Assembly: GCA_964016885.1 (NCBI GenBank)
Contig: OZ024754.1
Location: 29,512,001 to 29,576,000, forward strand
Reading direction: 5' to 3'
DNA: 64,000 bases
Origin: Eledone cirrhosa
Taxonomy: Eukaryota
The first letter of the stretch is position 1. Each line of letters begins with the position of its first letter. Below are positions 39,140 through 53,067 of the stretch, one piece after another. Below the pieces are notes generated by a model, which did not search any database, was not told where the DNA came from, and saw only the letters and a list, made by a program, of their open reading frames with translations. A program made the translations under genes and the position numbers.

Positions 39140-40531
39140 TATACATACACACACACACCGCGTTATAATCTCGTAATGTAGACAGACAGACATACAGACA
39201 GATATTATAAGGGCGCAACGTTATATCTATGTATCTATCTAAAAAGAGAAAGACTAAAAATTATAGAGAGAGATCGCTAAATCGCCTGATGCGGTCCCTA
39301 GGACACTGAAAATGTGAAAGTTCTTTTGCTCAAAACACTCACAGGACCATAAGTATTACATGTGTAAAGTTTGAAAACAATCGGTTGGGAGGTTCTCGAG
39401 TTTTAGTGAGCGGACAGACAGACATTCTCTCCTAGAGCTAATGATTAATTGATTAATTTAATTAGACAATTCTAGTGATTAGTTAATTATTTATGTTTGT
39501 TTAATAACGGTCTGGTTGAGTGCTTAATTCAGTTTGTGTAGGGAACTTATTCCATTGCTCATAATTTGAATTTGACCGCCATAAACCGGCTCTTAGCTTC
39601 CTTTGGAGTAACATGTGCCCCCACAATCGGACTGGCGTCAGAACGGAAGCCTGTTGAGAAAGTAAATCCACTGTTCGATCTTCCAGAACCTTAACTTGCA
39701 CACACCGCAAGCGGATTTTGTAGATTTCGGATTTACAGAAACCTAACTGAGAATGCAAAATATCGAAGTAACGGTCCAGGTCTGTTATATATATAATATA
39801 TGTATATATGTGTGTATATTTTCTCGCGAGTCAGTTCTTTAGTTTCTACGGACCCCCCGGCTGAATTACCGGTCGCTATCTTCAATTTGCAAAGCCCTTT
39901 AAACTGTATGTTATTACTCTGAGGTTTTATACCTTGTTGAGTGCTTGGCTGCACTTCTGAATGCATTCGTCGGCTTAGCTGCGGCTCGAGCTTCGAATAT
40001 GCTGTACTTCCATTTTTATATATATATATATATGTATGTATGTAAAAGGTAAATAGAAATAATAACACAATCGGTACAGTATATGGAAGGGATATATTAG
40101 TTTAACGCTTGATACAGCAGGAAGAGGGTCTTAACGTTTCTGAGGCTAGTCTTTCATCAGAATAAAGAATGAGAAATAAGATAGATTGAAGGGACAGGTG
40201 GGATGGAATTAGAAAAAATGTTTTTAGATAAAAATAACAGGTCCATTCATGTTGACATCTCTTCATCTTCCGGGATTGATAAAATAAAGTACCAGTAAAG
40301 CACTGGGGTAGCTTTAATTGACTTTCCTCTCTACAAAGATTGTTGGCATTCTGCCTAAATCAGAACACATCATTATTATTTATATATATAAACATATGTG
40401 CACATATTTGTACCTACCTATCGATGCAGTTATGTACAGGAATATATATATGTATATATATAGAAAAGCGCTCAACCTGGATATACCTATGTATATATAT
40501 ATATATATATATACACAAATATATATATATA

Positions 40532-40640
<109 letters not shown>

Positions 40641-40711
40641 AATGGTAGCTATGATGCTTCCATAGGCGGTATGCTAGTTGAGCACTCTATGTTCTTACAG
40701 AGCAGAGTGTG

Positions 40712-40978
40712 ATATAATATAAACCGAAAAATCAGTGATGCATCTGGACTCAATTTATTGTGTGTTACAATTGTTTCGCTGGCAGACAGCTCGAGACACG
40801 ATTAGTGTATGGGTCTGTCTGATTCTAGAACTGCAGGTTCGTCGGACCCTGGTAATAATTTCGGAACAAATTAGTTCCAAAATTATTGCCAGTGTCTCGA
40901 GCTGTCTGTCGGCGAAACAATTGTAACACAATAAATTGAGTCCAGGTGCATCATTGATTTTTCGTTTTATATTATATA
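40712..40978. repeat. Fold-back insertion; arms carry the hammerhead 3' half GAAAC-AATT-GTA
   Basis: 40712-40799 is inverted at 40892-40978. Confidence 0.7.
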
Positions 40979-41253
40979 TATATATATATATATATTAGGC
41001 ATATATACGTACATATATAAATGATGAGAATGAGAGTGTGTAAGAGAAGAAGACGAGAGAGAGAGAGAGGAGAAAGGGAGAGTGAGTCACAGAATGGATG
41101 TGTGAATCCAATGAGAAGGAGAGAACTACGGGCTTCAGTCCGGAGTCCATACGTTTATGAGTGGCAAAAGTAGTTAACTCCTTAACGATCCTAACAGCCT
41201 AGTGTGAAAACAACTCAACTCTTCTCAGACGAACAGAAAGAAAATCAATATAC

Positions 41254-41334
<81 letters not shown>

Positions 41335-41418
41335 TACATATATATACATATACATACATATATATGTATATACATATATACATATACATAACCACACATA
41401 CACACTTATATACATATA

Positions 41419-41493
<75 letters not shown>

Positions 41494-41498
<5 letters not shown>

Positions 41499-41686
41499 AA
41501 AAAGTATGACCCCGACGGCAGAGCTCAAGCCGTTTCGACGGCTATTTCTGGACTAGAAATAGCCGTCGAAACGGCTTGAGCTCTGCCGTCGGGGTCATAC
41601 TTTTTCCTATTTCCCACTCTACTACCCTAAGTATTGAGTACTCTGGTGCGTTATGATCCATCTGGTTCCTTACCACAATTCCTTTG

Positions 41687-41688
<2 letters not shown>
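41494..41688. repeat. Perfect ~58-bp-arm hairpin in (TA)n, member of the 40-172 family
   Basis: 41494-41551 is the reverse complement of 41558-41610. Confidence 0.85.
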
Positions 41689-41750
<62 letters not shown>

Positions 41751-41774
41751 ACATATATACACATATCCGTACAT

Positions 41775-41844
<70 letters not shown>

Positions 41845-41912
41845 ATATATACATATATATATATATGTATATATATATATGTTTATACATACATACATAT
41901 ATATATATATAT

Positions 41913-41960
<48 letters not shown>

Positions 41961-42028
41961 ATATATACATATATATATATATGTATATATATATATATGT
42001 ATGTATATACATACATGTATGTATATAC

Positions 42029-42098
<70 letters not shown>

Positions 42099-42167
42099 GT
42101 ATATACATACATGTATGTATATACATACATATATATATATACATATATATATATATGTATATATACA

Positions 42168-42212
<45 letters not shown>

Positions 42213-42282
42213 ATATGTGTATATATACATATATATATATATGTATATATATATATGTATGTATATACATACATGTATGTAT

Positions 42283-42374
<92 letters not shown>

Positions 42375-42807
42375 TTATATATAAATATATATATATGTTT
42401 GCCTATATATAAATACATATGTATATACATATATACATAATCTATATATACATATATACATATATACATATATATATATATGTGTGTGTGTATATATATA
42501 TACGTGTGCGTGTGTGTGTGCGTTTGTTAGTATTAGGATATAGACTGTTATGTGAAAACAAATTATGTGTTTAGGTAATTGACAGAAATAAATATTGCTT
42601 TATCTATAACATTATATATAGGAAAAGACCGACAACAGCGAGGTGGAATTCATTCATACTTATTGTAAGCAATACATAATTAAGTGAGCAAATTATGCAA
42701 TTTTTAGGTCTGACTAGCAATTTATTGGCTGCCCAATATAATAAACATGTTTGCAAATGAGGGATATATTATTACAACTGCCACGAGGTGCATCATTATT
42801 CTTATAT

Positions 42808-43132
<325 letters not shown>

Positions 43133-43223
43133 AATATAAATTACCGAGAATCGTATTTCGGCCTATGAATTAACGAAAAACAACTTCCGAGATGTGTGGC
43201 AAGCGCTCAATGATTCAGATAAA

Positions 43224-43285
<62 letters not shown>

Positions 43286-43637
43286 AATTAAGTTAAAAGT
43301 GTACATCCACATATGTATACGGAAATATTAGTATGCATATAAATACACACATGTATACATATGTACATGTACTGAGTTTTGCCCTGGACACTTTACTGTG
43401 AGTGTCCAGCTAGTCTGTATGTAACCAAACAGACCAACCGGATTTTAGAGTAATACAGGTTTTCAAGGAAACACATTTCCTCTATTCTCCAGAGAGCCAG
43501 ACAGGATACACTTTTAACTTAATTGTTTAAGCGTCAGTCATACAATAGTGAGTTATAAGCGAAACGAAATTTAATTTCGTTTCGTTATTTGTTTTTATCG
43601 TTTACGCTGAACCGGTGCGTACAATGACTCGCGTTCT

Positions 43638-43686
43638 ATGCAAATTAGTCTGCCCACTACTAATTTTCATAGAAAAAGCATATAAC
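43638..43686 (+). promoter_or_regulatory. Conserved octamer-containing block upstream of the hammerhead (candidate snRNA-type promoter)
   Basis: ATGCAAATTAG.CTGC.CA...TAATTTTCATA...AAAG.ATATA shared by families A (37543, 38019, 38515, 62621, 63633) and B (43638, 61162). Confidence 0.4.
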
Positions 43687-43730
43687 GATATGTGCTTTTA
43701 CGATTCTCTAGAGAAGCCGGAAGATGGGTA

Positions 43731-43775
43731 AATATTGCTGATGAGATGTAATAACATCGAAACTAGTCCAATATT
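43731..43775 (+). ncRNA. Type I hammerhead ribozyme (family B), canonical core with GUC site
   Basis: AATATTG-CTGATGA-GATGT-AATA-ACATC-GAAA-CTAG-TC-CAATATT. Confidence 0.92.
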
Positions 43776-44194
43776 CCTGTCTGGCTCTCTGGAGAATAGA
43801 GGAAATGTGTTTCCTTGAAAACCTGTATGACTCTAAAACCCGGTTGGTCTGTTTGGTTACATACAGACTAGCTGGACACTCACAGTAAAGTCTCCAGTGA
43901 AAAACTCAGTACATGTACATATGTATACATGTGTGTATTTATATGCATACTAATATTTCTGTATACATATGTGGATGTACACTTTTAACTTAATTGTTTA
44001 AGCGTCAGTCATACAAAAGTGAGTTATAAGCGAAACGAAATTTAATTTCGTTTCGTTATTTGTTTTTATATATATATATATATCCATATATATATATACA
44101 TATATATATATATATGTATAAGTAAATATATATATATGTAAATATATAAGTTAAAACAAGGAAATACAAAATCAAGTCATTAGGGATATACTTC

Positions 44195-44330
44195 ACTGCT
44201 TTACGATCGTTTCTAGATGGTGATAATAGATTGTATCTCTACTCAGTTATTGTTCTATGTAAGTTTACAATCAATCAGATAGAGAGAATATTTACTTACA
44301 TGCATATCACCACCTGTTTTCAAAAGCAAT
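44195..44330 (-). ncRNA. Decayed long-helix-II hammerhead motif
   Basis: ATTGCTT-TTGAAAA-CAGGTGGTGATA..TATCACCATCTA-GAAAC-GATC-GTA-AAGCAGT. Confidence 0.45.
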
Positions 44331-44379
44331 AATAATCATTATTATTTATATATGTGTGTATACATATATATATATATAA

Positions 44380-44434
<55 letters not shown>

Positions 44435-44436
<2 letters not shown>

Positions 44437-46372
44437 GAGGACGTACTGTTGAACCGGATTCACGTACCTCTGAAATATGTATAATAACATTTAATTGATC
44501 ACAAGAACATCTATTTTATTAATATTTGAATTTAATATTATATTAATAACTCTGGAAAATAAATCATGTAGAGTGCTTCCAATCTACTGTAAATCTCATT
44601 CTTTGATATACTCATTGAATCTTGTATAACTCTTTAATATATATATATATGAGAATAAACGTGCTGCGTGGTTGCAAATGGGTTACGTGTGAATAAAGTG
44701 GTCCTTCATCAGTGATCTTCCAACCATCATTGGTATTTCTTCGCTTTAAAGACCATATACCTCCGGTTGGTGCGAGCAACGGCTAAAGAAAGTCGTTGGG
44801 ACACGTAAATAAAGGGAACAGCGAAAGTGTAAACAAACAAAGATGGTGAAGCAACGAAAAGTGAGGAAGAACGAGTCAAGTCCCAAATTTCCATGAATAT
44901 AAGTTCGGTGAAATCGTGAACGAGAGAGAATAAAGACAATCAAACCTGGTTGGAATGTGAGCAAGGAAGGAATTCCGTACAGGTCTAACGGGAGGAAGAA
45001 GGGGTCTAGCCTGTGAATTCGGTGAACATAAGTTCTGTGAAATCGTAGACGAGAGAGAGAAAAAAGGCGAACCCGCCTGACCAAGCGTGCGATAGAAAAG
45101 AATTACGCACAGGTCAAACGGGAAGAAGGAGGATGAGGAGGAGAGGTAGTAACAGAGAGTGAGTGAGTGAAGGGTGAGGAAGAGACTAACAGAGAGAGTG
45201 ACTGTTAGAGAGGGTAAAGATACAGAGAAAGAGGAAGCAGTAAGAACGAAATAGACGGGTCACAGCGTGGTTGGTTGGAAGATCACTGATGAAGGACCAC
45301 TTTATTCATATGTAACCCAAATGCAACCACGCAGCACGTTTATTCACATATTTACACATATTTTTTCCCCCGCTGTGACCCGTCTATTTCGTTCTTACTG
45401 CTTCCTCTTTCTCTGTATCTTTACCCTATCTAACAGTCACTCTCTCTGTTAGCCTCTTCCTCACCCTTCACTCACTCACTCTCTGTTACTACCTCTCCTC
45501 CTCCTCCTATTTCCCGTTTGACCTGTGCGTAATTCTTTTCTTTCGCACGCTTGGTCAGGCTGGTTCGCCTTTTTTCTCTCTCTCGTCTACGATTTCACAG
45601 AACTTATGTTCACCGAATTCACAGACTAGACTCCTTCTTCCTCCCGTTAAACCTGTACGGAATTCCTTCCTTGCTCACATTCCAACCAGGTTTGATGGTC
45701 TTTATTCTCTCTCGTTCACGATTTCACCGAACTTATATTCATGGAAATTTGGGACTTGACTCGTTCTTCCTCACTTTTCGTTGCTTCACCATCTTTGTTT
45801 GTTTACACTTTCGCTGTTCCCTTTATTTACGTGTCCCAACGACTTTCTTTAGCCGTTGCTCGCACCAACCGGAGGTATATGGTCTTTAAAGCGAAGAAAT
45901 ACCAATGATGGTTGGAAGATCACTGATGAAGGACCACTTTATTCATATGTAACCCATTTGCAACCACGCAGCACGTTTATTCTCATATATATATATTAAA
46001 GAGTTATACAAGATTCAATGAGTATATCAAAGAATGAGTTTTACAGTAGATTGGAAGCACTCTACAAGAATTATTTTCCAGAGTTATTAATATAATATTA
46101 AATTCAAATATTAATAAAATAGATGTTCTTGTGATCAATTAAATGTTATTATACATATTTCAGAGGTACGTGAATCAGTTTCAACAGTACGTCCTCATCA
46201 GATAAAATAAAATAAATCTTAACCATCTAACATCTCAGGGAATGTCATGTATCATTTTATTTTATCTGATGAGGACGTACTGTTGAATCGGATTCACGTA
46301 CCTCTAAAATATGTATAATAAAATTTAATTGATCACAAGAACATCTATTTTATTAATATTTGAATTTAATAT

Positions 46373-46375
<3 letters not shown>
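44435..46375. mobile_element. ~1.9-kb nested fold-back structure (PLE-type)
   Basis: 44435-45266 is inverted at 45371-46198; second inversion at 46196-46375; hammerhead motifs at 46147-46207 (-) and 46259-46324 (+). Confidence 0.75.
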
Positions 46376-46403
<28 letters not shown>

Positions 46404-46570
46404 ATATGTTTGTGTTCTGACTTTGTGCTGTTCCCTCTCATGTAAATTTTCTTTATAATAATTTTTCCGCTCTCTACTATACAATGAAGGGCATAACTCG
46501 AAACGTAATTAACATTCTATTCTGAGCGTTAAACTACTATCCTCTGATTTCTCAATATTTTATCTATTGT

Positions 46571-46655
<85 letters not shown>

Positions 46656-47538
46656 ATATATAATATATTGAGAAACCCACAGATACATGCGGACATATAC
46701 ATGAATATATCCACATCCATCCTTGAGTTAATGGTGCCAACCTTAACCGATGTTGCTCTATGAATAACTGGGACAAACCAATCCGAATGGATTAGACTGA
46801 ACCAGTATCAGAGCTAAAAGTACATTATGAAGAGAGAAGAAACATTTAGATATAATTAGTAATAAGATGTATCATACCTAAACTGCTTCTAGATTCCTCG
46901 ACTACGTAGTTTCGTGGCATAAACAAAAACAATACATCATATAGATATAGAGCCTTTGCGAGGTCTGCCTACTTATCAAGACGATACCTCGTTTTACTAG
47001 CATCAAGAACGCGTCTATATGATGTGAGAAAGAATCCCAAAAGGCGAAGGGGGAGACAGTCACGTGATACAACGGTCAAGAAACAGAGCTAAGCCCTTTA
47101 TAACCCCGAAAAAAATACCACGGGGGAGGAGGGGGTATTTATATCGAAGCCGTAGAAGAGGTGGTTAAGGAGGAGAGAAGTATGAGTAATGGCAGCTTTC
47201 CAGCAGTCACTACACTTCAAAGATTACTCGACCAGAGGGAGTTATGAACAATATATTGAGACACCCACAGATACATGCGGACACACACATATACATGAAT
47301 ATATCCATATATATATATGTGTGTGTGTGTGGAGCTGGGGATGCGTGTGTGTGTGTGAGTTGTATTTATGCTGATATATATGTATGTATGCTGATATATA
47401 TGTATGTATGCTTGTATATGAAAATAAATGCACATATGCACAGATAGCCCTTCACACACACATTTATATGTATATAAGTGTATATATGTATATGTATATA
47501 TTATATATATATACATGTATATATATATCAACAGATGT

Positions 47539-47570
<32 letters not shown>

Positions 47571-47595
47571 ATGCATATATTTATATATGAACACA

Positions 47596-47659
<64 letters not shown>

Positions 47660-47908
47660 GATAAATCTACCAAGAGTTTACGGTAGTGTCCAATCCGTAT
47701 GAAGAACTCAATGTAATCCGGATATCATGGAAAGAAGAGATGCAATGAAAAATCACTTTCGGTGAAAGATAAACGGAATACAGAGTCAAGATAAAATATT
47801 TAAAAAATAATGAATAAAACAATGAAACAGTTCCTTATATTATATTAATATAAGGAACTGTTTCATTGTTTTATTCATTATTTTTTTAATATTTTTTTAA
47901 TTTTTTAA

Positions 47909-48005
<97 letters not shown>

Positions 48006-48169
48006 GATAACAAAATATCGTTATAGGAAATCCAGTTAGAGGTTGTGAATACTTCTTATTATGGATAGTTTTAGCGTACGGCGTTGCTTGACTCAACTAA
48101 AAAAGAGGTTTACGTAGATGAGGAGTTTATTATTTCACTTGTATTCCTATGTAAGTTTATCTTGGAGTA

Positions 48170-49243
48170 ATAAAATTGAAAAAGTGGAGAATAACATGGT
48201 CTACAGTACAAAAAAGGGAATTTATTTGCAGTCTAACGATTGTTTCACTGATAGAGTTGTCTAAAACTTGCTGAACACTAAAAGCAGTGAAACTCAATTT
48301 TAAATACGATGTTAACTCTATTAGATCTTCGGAAACTGTTAAACAAATATATATGTAACCGGCAAATTTACAAATTCAAATTACATCATCAATAATAATA
48401 TTAATAGTAAAGATATAGAGAGAAAAGGAGGAAGAAAGGGAGATAGATACAGTAAAGAAAGAAGGAGAAGAAGGAGGAAGAAGAAGAAGAAGGAAAAAGA
48501 AAAAGAAAAAGAAAAAGAAAAAGAAAAAGAAAAAGAAAAAAAAAGAAAAAGAAAAAGAAAGAGAGAAAGAAGAAGAAACTCCCCAGCTGTGGAGTCAATG
48601 TAATGCCATGCTAAGCTACCTGAATTTATAGTACATAGGTATACTATATTTGTCTCTAGGCATCTGTTTTGTAATGGGCATTTGTCAGGTAGATGGCAGT
48701 TACATTTAGCTGCTTTTCTATGTGCCGGTTCTACTATATGGTTTTGTAGATTGCTATGTACGGGCTGAGAATTGGGTTTGTTGATGTATTGTGGTGATGT
48801 GTTCAGACATGTGTTTGGTTGTGATGATGTTATATGCTTATGTTTTGTATTTGGTGTTATGGTACTTATTTGTGGGCTACTTGTATTATAAATTCTTTTA
48901 TAGTTAATTTTTATGTATGTGTGATTCTATGTTGTTGGCAGTGGGGTATTTTTCTTTTTCTTTCTTTCTTTCCTTTATCTATCTCCCTTTCTTTCTTTTT
49001 TTCTCTCTCTATCTTTATTATTAATATTATGATGATGTAATTTGAATTTGTAAATTTGCCGGTTATATATATTTTTTGTAACAGTCTCTGATGATCTAAT
49101 TGAGATAGCATCGTATTCGAAATTGAGTGGCACTGCTTCTAGTGTTCAGCAATATTTAGACAACTTAATCAGAGAAACAATTGTTAGACTGTAAATAAAT
49201 CCCCTTTTTTTGTACTGTTGACCATGTTATTCTTCACTTTTTC

Positions 49244-49250
<7 letters not shown>
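48170..49250. mobile_element. Penelope-like remnant with inverted hammerhead-bearing termini
   Basis: 48170-48380 is inverted at 49035-49250; internal minus-strand peptide KCNCHLPDKCPLQNRCLETNIVYLC (48627-48710) fits the PLE zinc knuckle and GIY-YIG start. Confidence 0.75.
49081..49192 (+). ncRNA. Type I hammerhead motif with ~80-nt helix II
   Basis: ACAGTCT-CTGATGA-TCTAATTGAG..CTTAATCAGA-GAAAC-AATT-GTT-AGACTGT. Confidence 0.75.
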
Positions 49251-49313
<63 letters not shown>

Positions 49314-49943
49314 ACAAGCAAATTATAAACGTAAACATGTAAGTATGTTTTTCAAACGGTGCGCGAGTTTGAAATTAGAAATTAGAAATTATAAGCTTCC
49401 ACCGGATTTTAGACTAAAGAAATTTTTAGCCTGATAGTGGGGTTTATAACCCTCGGAGAAATGGAACAAGATGAGTGTTGCCGTACATGTACGGCAACAC
49501 TCATCTTTTTCCATTTCTCCGAGGGATATATACATATATATGTGTATATATATGTATATATATGCATAAATCTGTATATATATATATGTATATATACACA
49601 TACATATATAAATGTATACATACACACACATATATATACCTATATATACATATATATATACATATATACATATATATACATACATACATATATACAAACG
49701 CATCCACATTTTCATATGTGTGTGTGTGTGTGTTTGTGTGTTTTAAATGTCAACTAAGAAATAAAACAATACAGGAGAACAATACAGTACAATGCTGATA
49801 TATATCAGTTTAACGCTTGCTCTAGTAGGAAAACGTTCTGAATATTTCAGACGCCGGTACTTTATTGGAAATAAGAATAAGACACAAGAGAAATAGAGGA
49901 TAGAAAAGGTTAAATATGTGGAGAAAATGAAAAGCATTATATA

Positions 49944-50645
49944 CAGGGTGCGGACGGTATTTGAGGACAGATTTATGGTTTAAAAAAAAAACGCTTATAT
50001 AATAACAGAAAAAAACTGTTATTTTTAAATAAAAATAACAGAAACATAAAACTAAATTATCGATTTGATAATTTCCTTCAATAAAACCACCATAAGCTTC
50101 AATAACTGTTCTACGAGGGGTCGAAATCGTTTACAAGCTCGGATTAAGTGATCCTTATTCATATCAGACATGACTCGAACTATGACGGCTTTCAAAGAAT
50201 CTTTGGTGTTATGGGGGTGTTCATTGACATTTGTCTCAACGATGCTCATGGTAGTCCAGTCGATTGAGATCTGGAGAATTAGGAGGCTAAATGTTGAGGG
50301 TGATGTGATCATGCAAATTGTCGCCCATCCATTCTTGTGTTATTTGAGCCTTGTGTGATGGTGCAGAATCTTGTTGAAAGACATAAGGCTTTCCATTGCA
50401 TACACTGTTGATCCAAGGCTTAACTACTTTATCCAGAACCTCAATATACGCCACAACATTCACCCTAAGGCCTTGAGGAAAAACGTGAGGAGGCCTCACA
50501 TGTCCTTCGTTGCTAACAACACCCAAAACCATGACACTTGCAGAAAATTTTGTGTGCAGTATTCTTGGAACCTCAGAAGGATCTGCACATAGCCACCTGT
50601 CGTTTCTTCTGTTAGTTTTCTGGTCCTGGTCAAAGTTTTTCTAAT
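49944..50645 (-). mobile_element. Truncated Tc1/mariner (DD37D, maT-like) transposon, frameshifted copy
   Basis: TA|CAGGGTG end; YVFQQDSAPSH..PNSPDLN. Confidence 0.85.
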
Positions 50646-51762
50646 GTGTATTTGGTCAGCCATTTGAAGTTACATATACACTTTTATGTATTTTCTCTGC
50701 AAGATAGCTACAGGGAAATCGTGTGTTGAAACCAATATTGTCACATTTGTGAATGGTTATTTTCCCAGTATTAGCAATAAAAAGAAATGCACGCACTATA
50801 TGATTTGCACTTCATCTTTATTGCTCGTTTTTCGTTCGTTCGTCAAAGTTATTTCATCACGCATTCTGTGACCTCAATGACTATCTATTCTCTTGCGTAC
50901 TTCCTCTTCTTTCTGATCGTAAAATTCTACCCCATCTTGTCTTTTGTTCTGTGCAGACTATTGATAAAATGTCTATCCACAAATAAAATAATGCATACAT
51001 ATATACTTACATACATACAGAAAGTTGTTGTGACAACAACTGGGGGCCTTTCACTCCCAGCCTAAAAAAAAAGTATTATTTGGGTGTCCGTTGACTACTG
51101 AGTTCCTCTGCCCTTTGTCGTGTCTTGTATTTCATCCTGCAGGGTGTCTAAATATTACCCTCCTCACCAAGTATATAATAAGATCCATATCTACACATAC
51201 AGACATGCATACATATCTACCTAGTTGATGTTGTGTAAATTCCAATGAGAGAGTCTTGTGTCTATGTTAGAAACCGACTCTCTCTCTATTGGGAAAAAAT
51301 TTGTGAAATTATAAAACCAGAAGAACATACATACATATATGGTGGCTGCCAACTCGTTTTCGAGTACGGCCACTACTTTATATCCATGTAGGAGAACCCC
51401 TACCGATGGGCTGAACGAGTGTGACCTTTTAGTCCAGTCAGCGACTTGAAAACTCTGGTACAAACACTACACTTGTGACAATTATTGACACATAGTGCTG
51501 GGCCCATGGTACCATGTGATGACAAGTGCAGAGAGATCTCCAGATATAAAGCAATGCCTGTGCCGTGAAGCTTTTATAGTGAGCAAAGGCACTGCACAAA
51601 GCCAGTCCCACTCTCTTAACCAAGATGATATTTACCAAAAAGAAGAACAAGTCAACATCATTGGATACCATCAGGGTTGCAGGTGTTATATCAGAGTTTT
51701 CCTTCTCCTAGAATTCTGCCTTGACAAAGGCTAAGGGGTCATCTCTCCCGGACATATATACA

Positions 51763-51796
<34 letters not shown>

Positions 51797-51817
51797 CATA
51801 CATACATATATACATAC

Positions 51818-52264
51818 ATGAAAATAAAAACTGCCACCATATTAAACTACAACGGGCCTGATATTGTTGTTTTGGACCACACATTGAAATCGTACTTTGT
51901 TGTAGAAATCAGCTGCCCACTTGATGTAAACGTTGTTATAAATATATGGGAGAAGGGCATCTACGGACCATTTATGAGGAGTTTGCAGATCCGATATACA
52001 AGATACCCCTTCATCTTCATACCCATCATTATTGGACACGGGGTCGATAAAGTACCAGTAATGTACTGGGTAATTTCTGGCCTTGTGCCAATAGTAGAAA
52101 CAATTATTGGAGCTACAGGTTATATACTAACCCGCTTGGACCAAAGTATAACTGAACTTGGATTTGTGAACAAAGAGCGCAGCTCCCTTATTCATAGACT
52201 ACAAATGGCTGTGATAGCAGGCACCTTCAAAATTTGCAAAACATTCTTTCTTTTCAAGGTATGA
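51818..52264 (+). pseudogene. REL endonuclease 3' fragment of an R2-superfamily non-LTR element, with an in-frame SINE insert
   Basis: PDIVVLD..FVVEISCPLD..IPIIIG; the paralogue 59219-59590 lacks the 75-nt insert. Confidence 0.75.
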
Positions 52265-53067
52265 CAATTTCTTTTTATTTACAACATTGCCACCAGGAAG
52301 GTGGCCGGTCAAAAATGTACTCGAAATTAAGAGAAAGAGAAACACACATATATACATGTATGTATGGTCCCGTAACTCCTAATAGAGCCGCTTGGGCGCA
52401 GTATTGACATATGGCGTTTCTTGCGCATTTTGAGCCTGGCGGAGCCCATTCCTCTCCAGGCCTGAATACAGCAGATTTCCTCCAGAAAGGGATAGAAAGT
52501 GAGAGAGAGTGGCAATGAGAAAGAGATATAGACGAAAAATCGACCCCAGTTCTAGACAGGCACTTTTTTTATTCACCTCGAGTGGAATTTGAACTCAGAG
52601 AGCAGAGAGGTGGAACGAATATTATAATGCATTCTAGCCGACGCTCTAACGATTCTGCCAATTTGCCGCCTATATACATACATACATGATGATGGCTGCG
52701 ACCTCGTTATCGAGTATGGCCATTGCACGATACAACATTATTAATAATTATCAATTAATGCTATAGTACAATGCCTGTGCCTAAAGATTTTTTTTCAAGT
52801 GAGGAAAGACTGTGCACTGAGCCAATCTCATTCTCTGAGTGACAGTAACTGTAACGCGTAAAGAAGAAAAGATCAACATCATCGGTAACTACTGAGCCGC
52901 AGGTTTTATATCGGAGTTATCCCAGTTTCCTGGGTTGCCTTCTCATAGAAAAATGCCCTGACAACTGCTAGGGGTCCTTCACTCCCAGTGATTTAACCGC
53001 GCGATCGTGTATCCAGCCTAATTATTTCTATGAACATACATACATGCATACTGTGATGCAGTATGAT

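Larger units (their letters stand above)
43281..44068 (+). mobile_element. Retrozyme-like element, family B (inverted arm plus ~1.2 units of ~471 bp)
   Basis: 43281-43506 is the reverse complement of 43775-44000; 43508-43597 repeats at 43979-44068; (TA)n flanks. Confidence 0.85.

Noticed and set aside
39500-40010. GC-richer segment, possibly a GIY-YIG remnant or an exon
   Set aside because: Only vague resemblance; no convincing motif or splice structure
45290-45330. CTGATGA in the central repeat as a hammerhead
   Set aside because: No GAAA or closing helices in these copies
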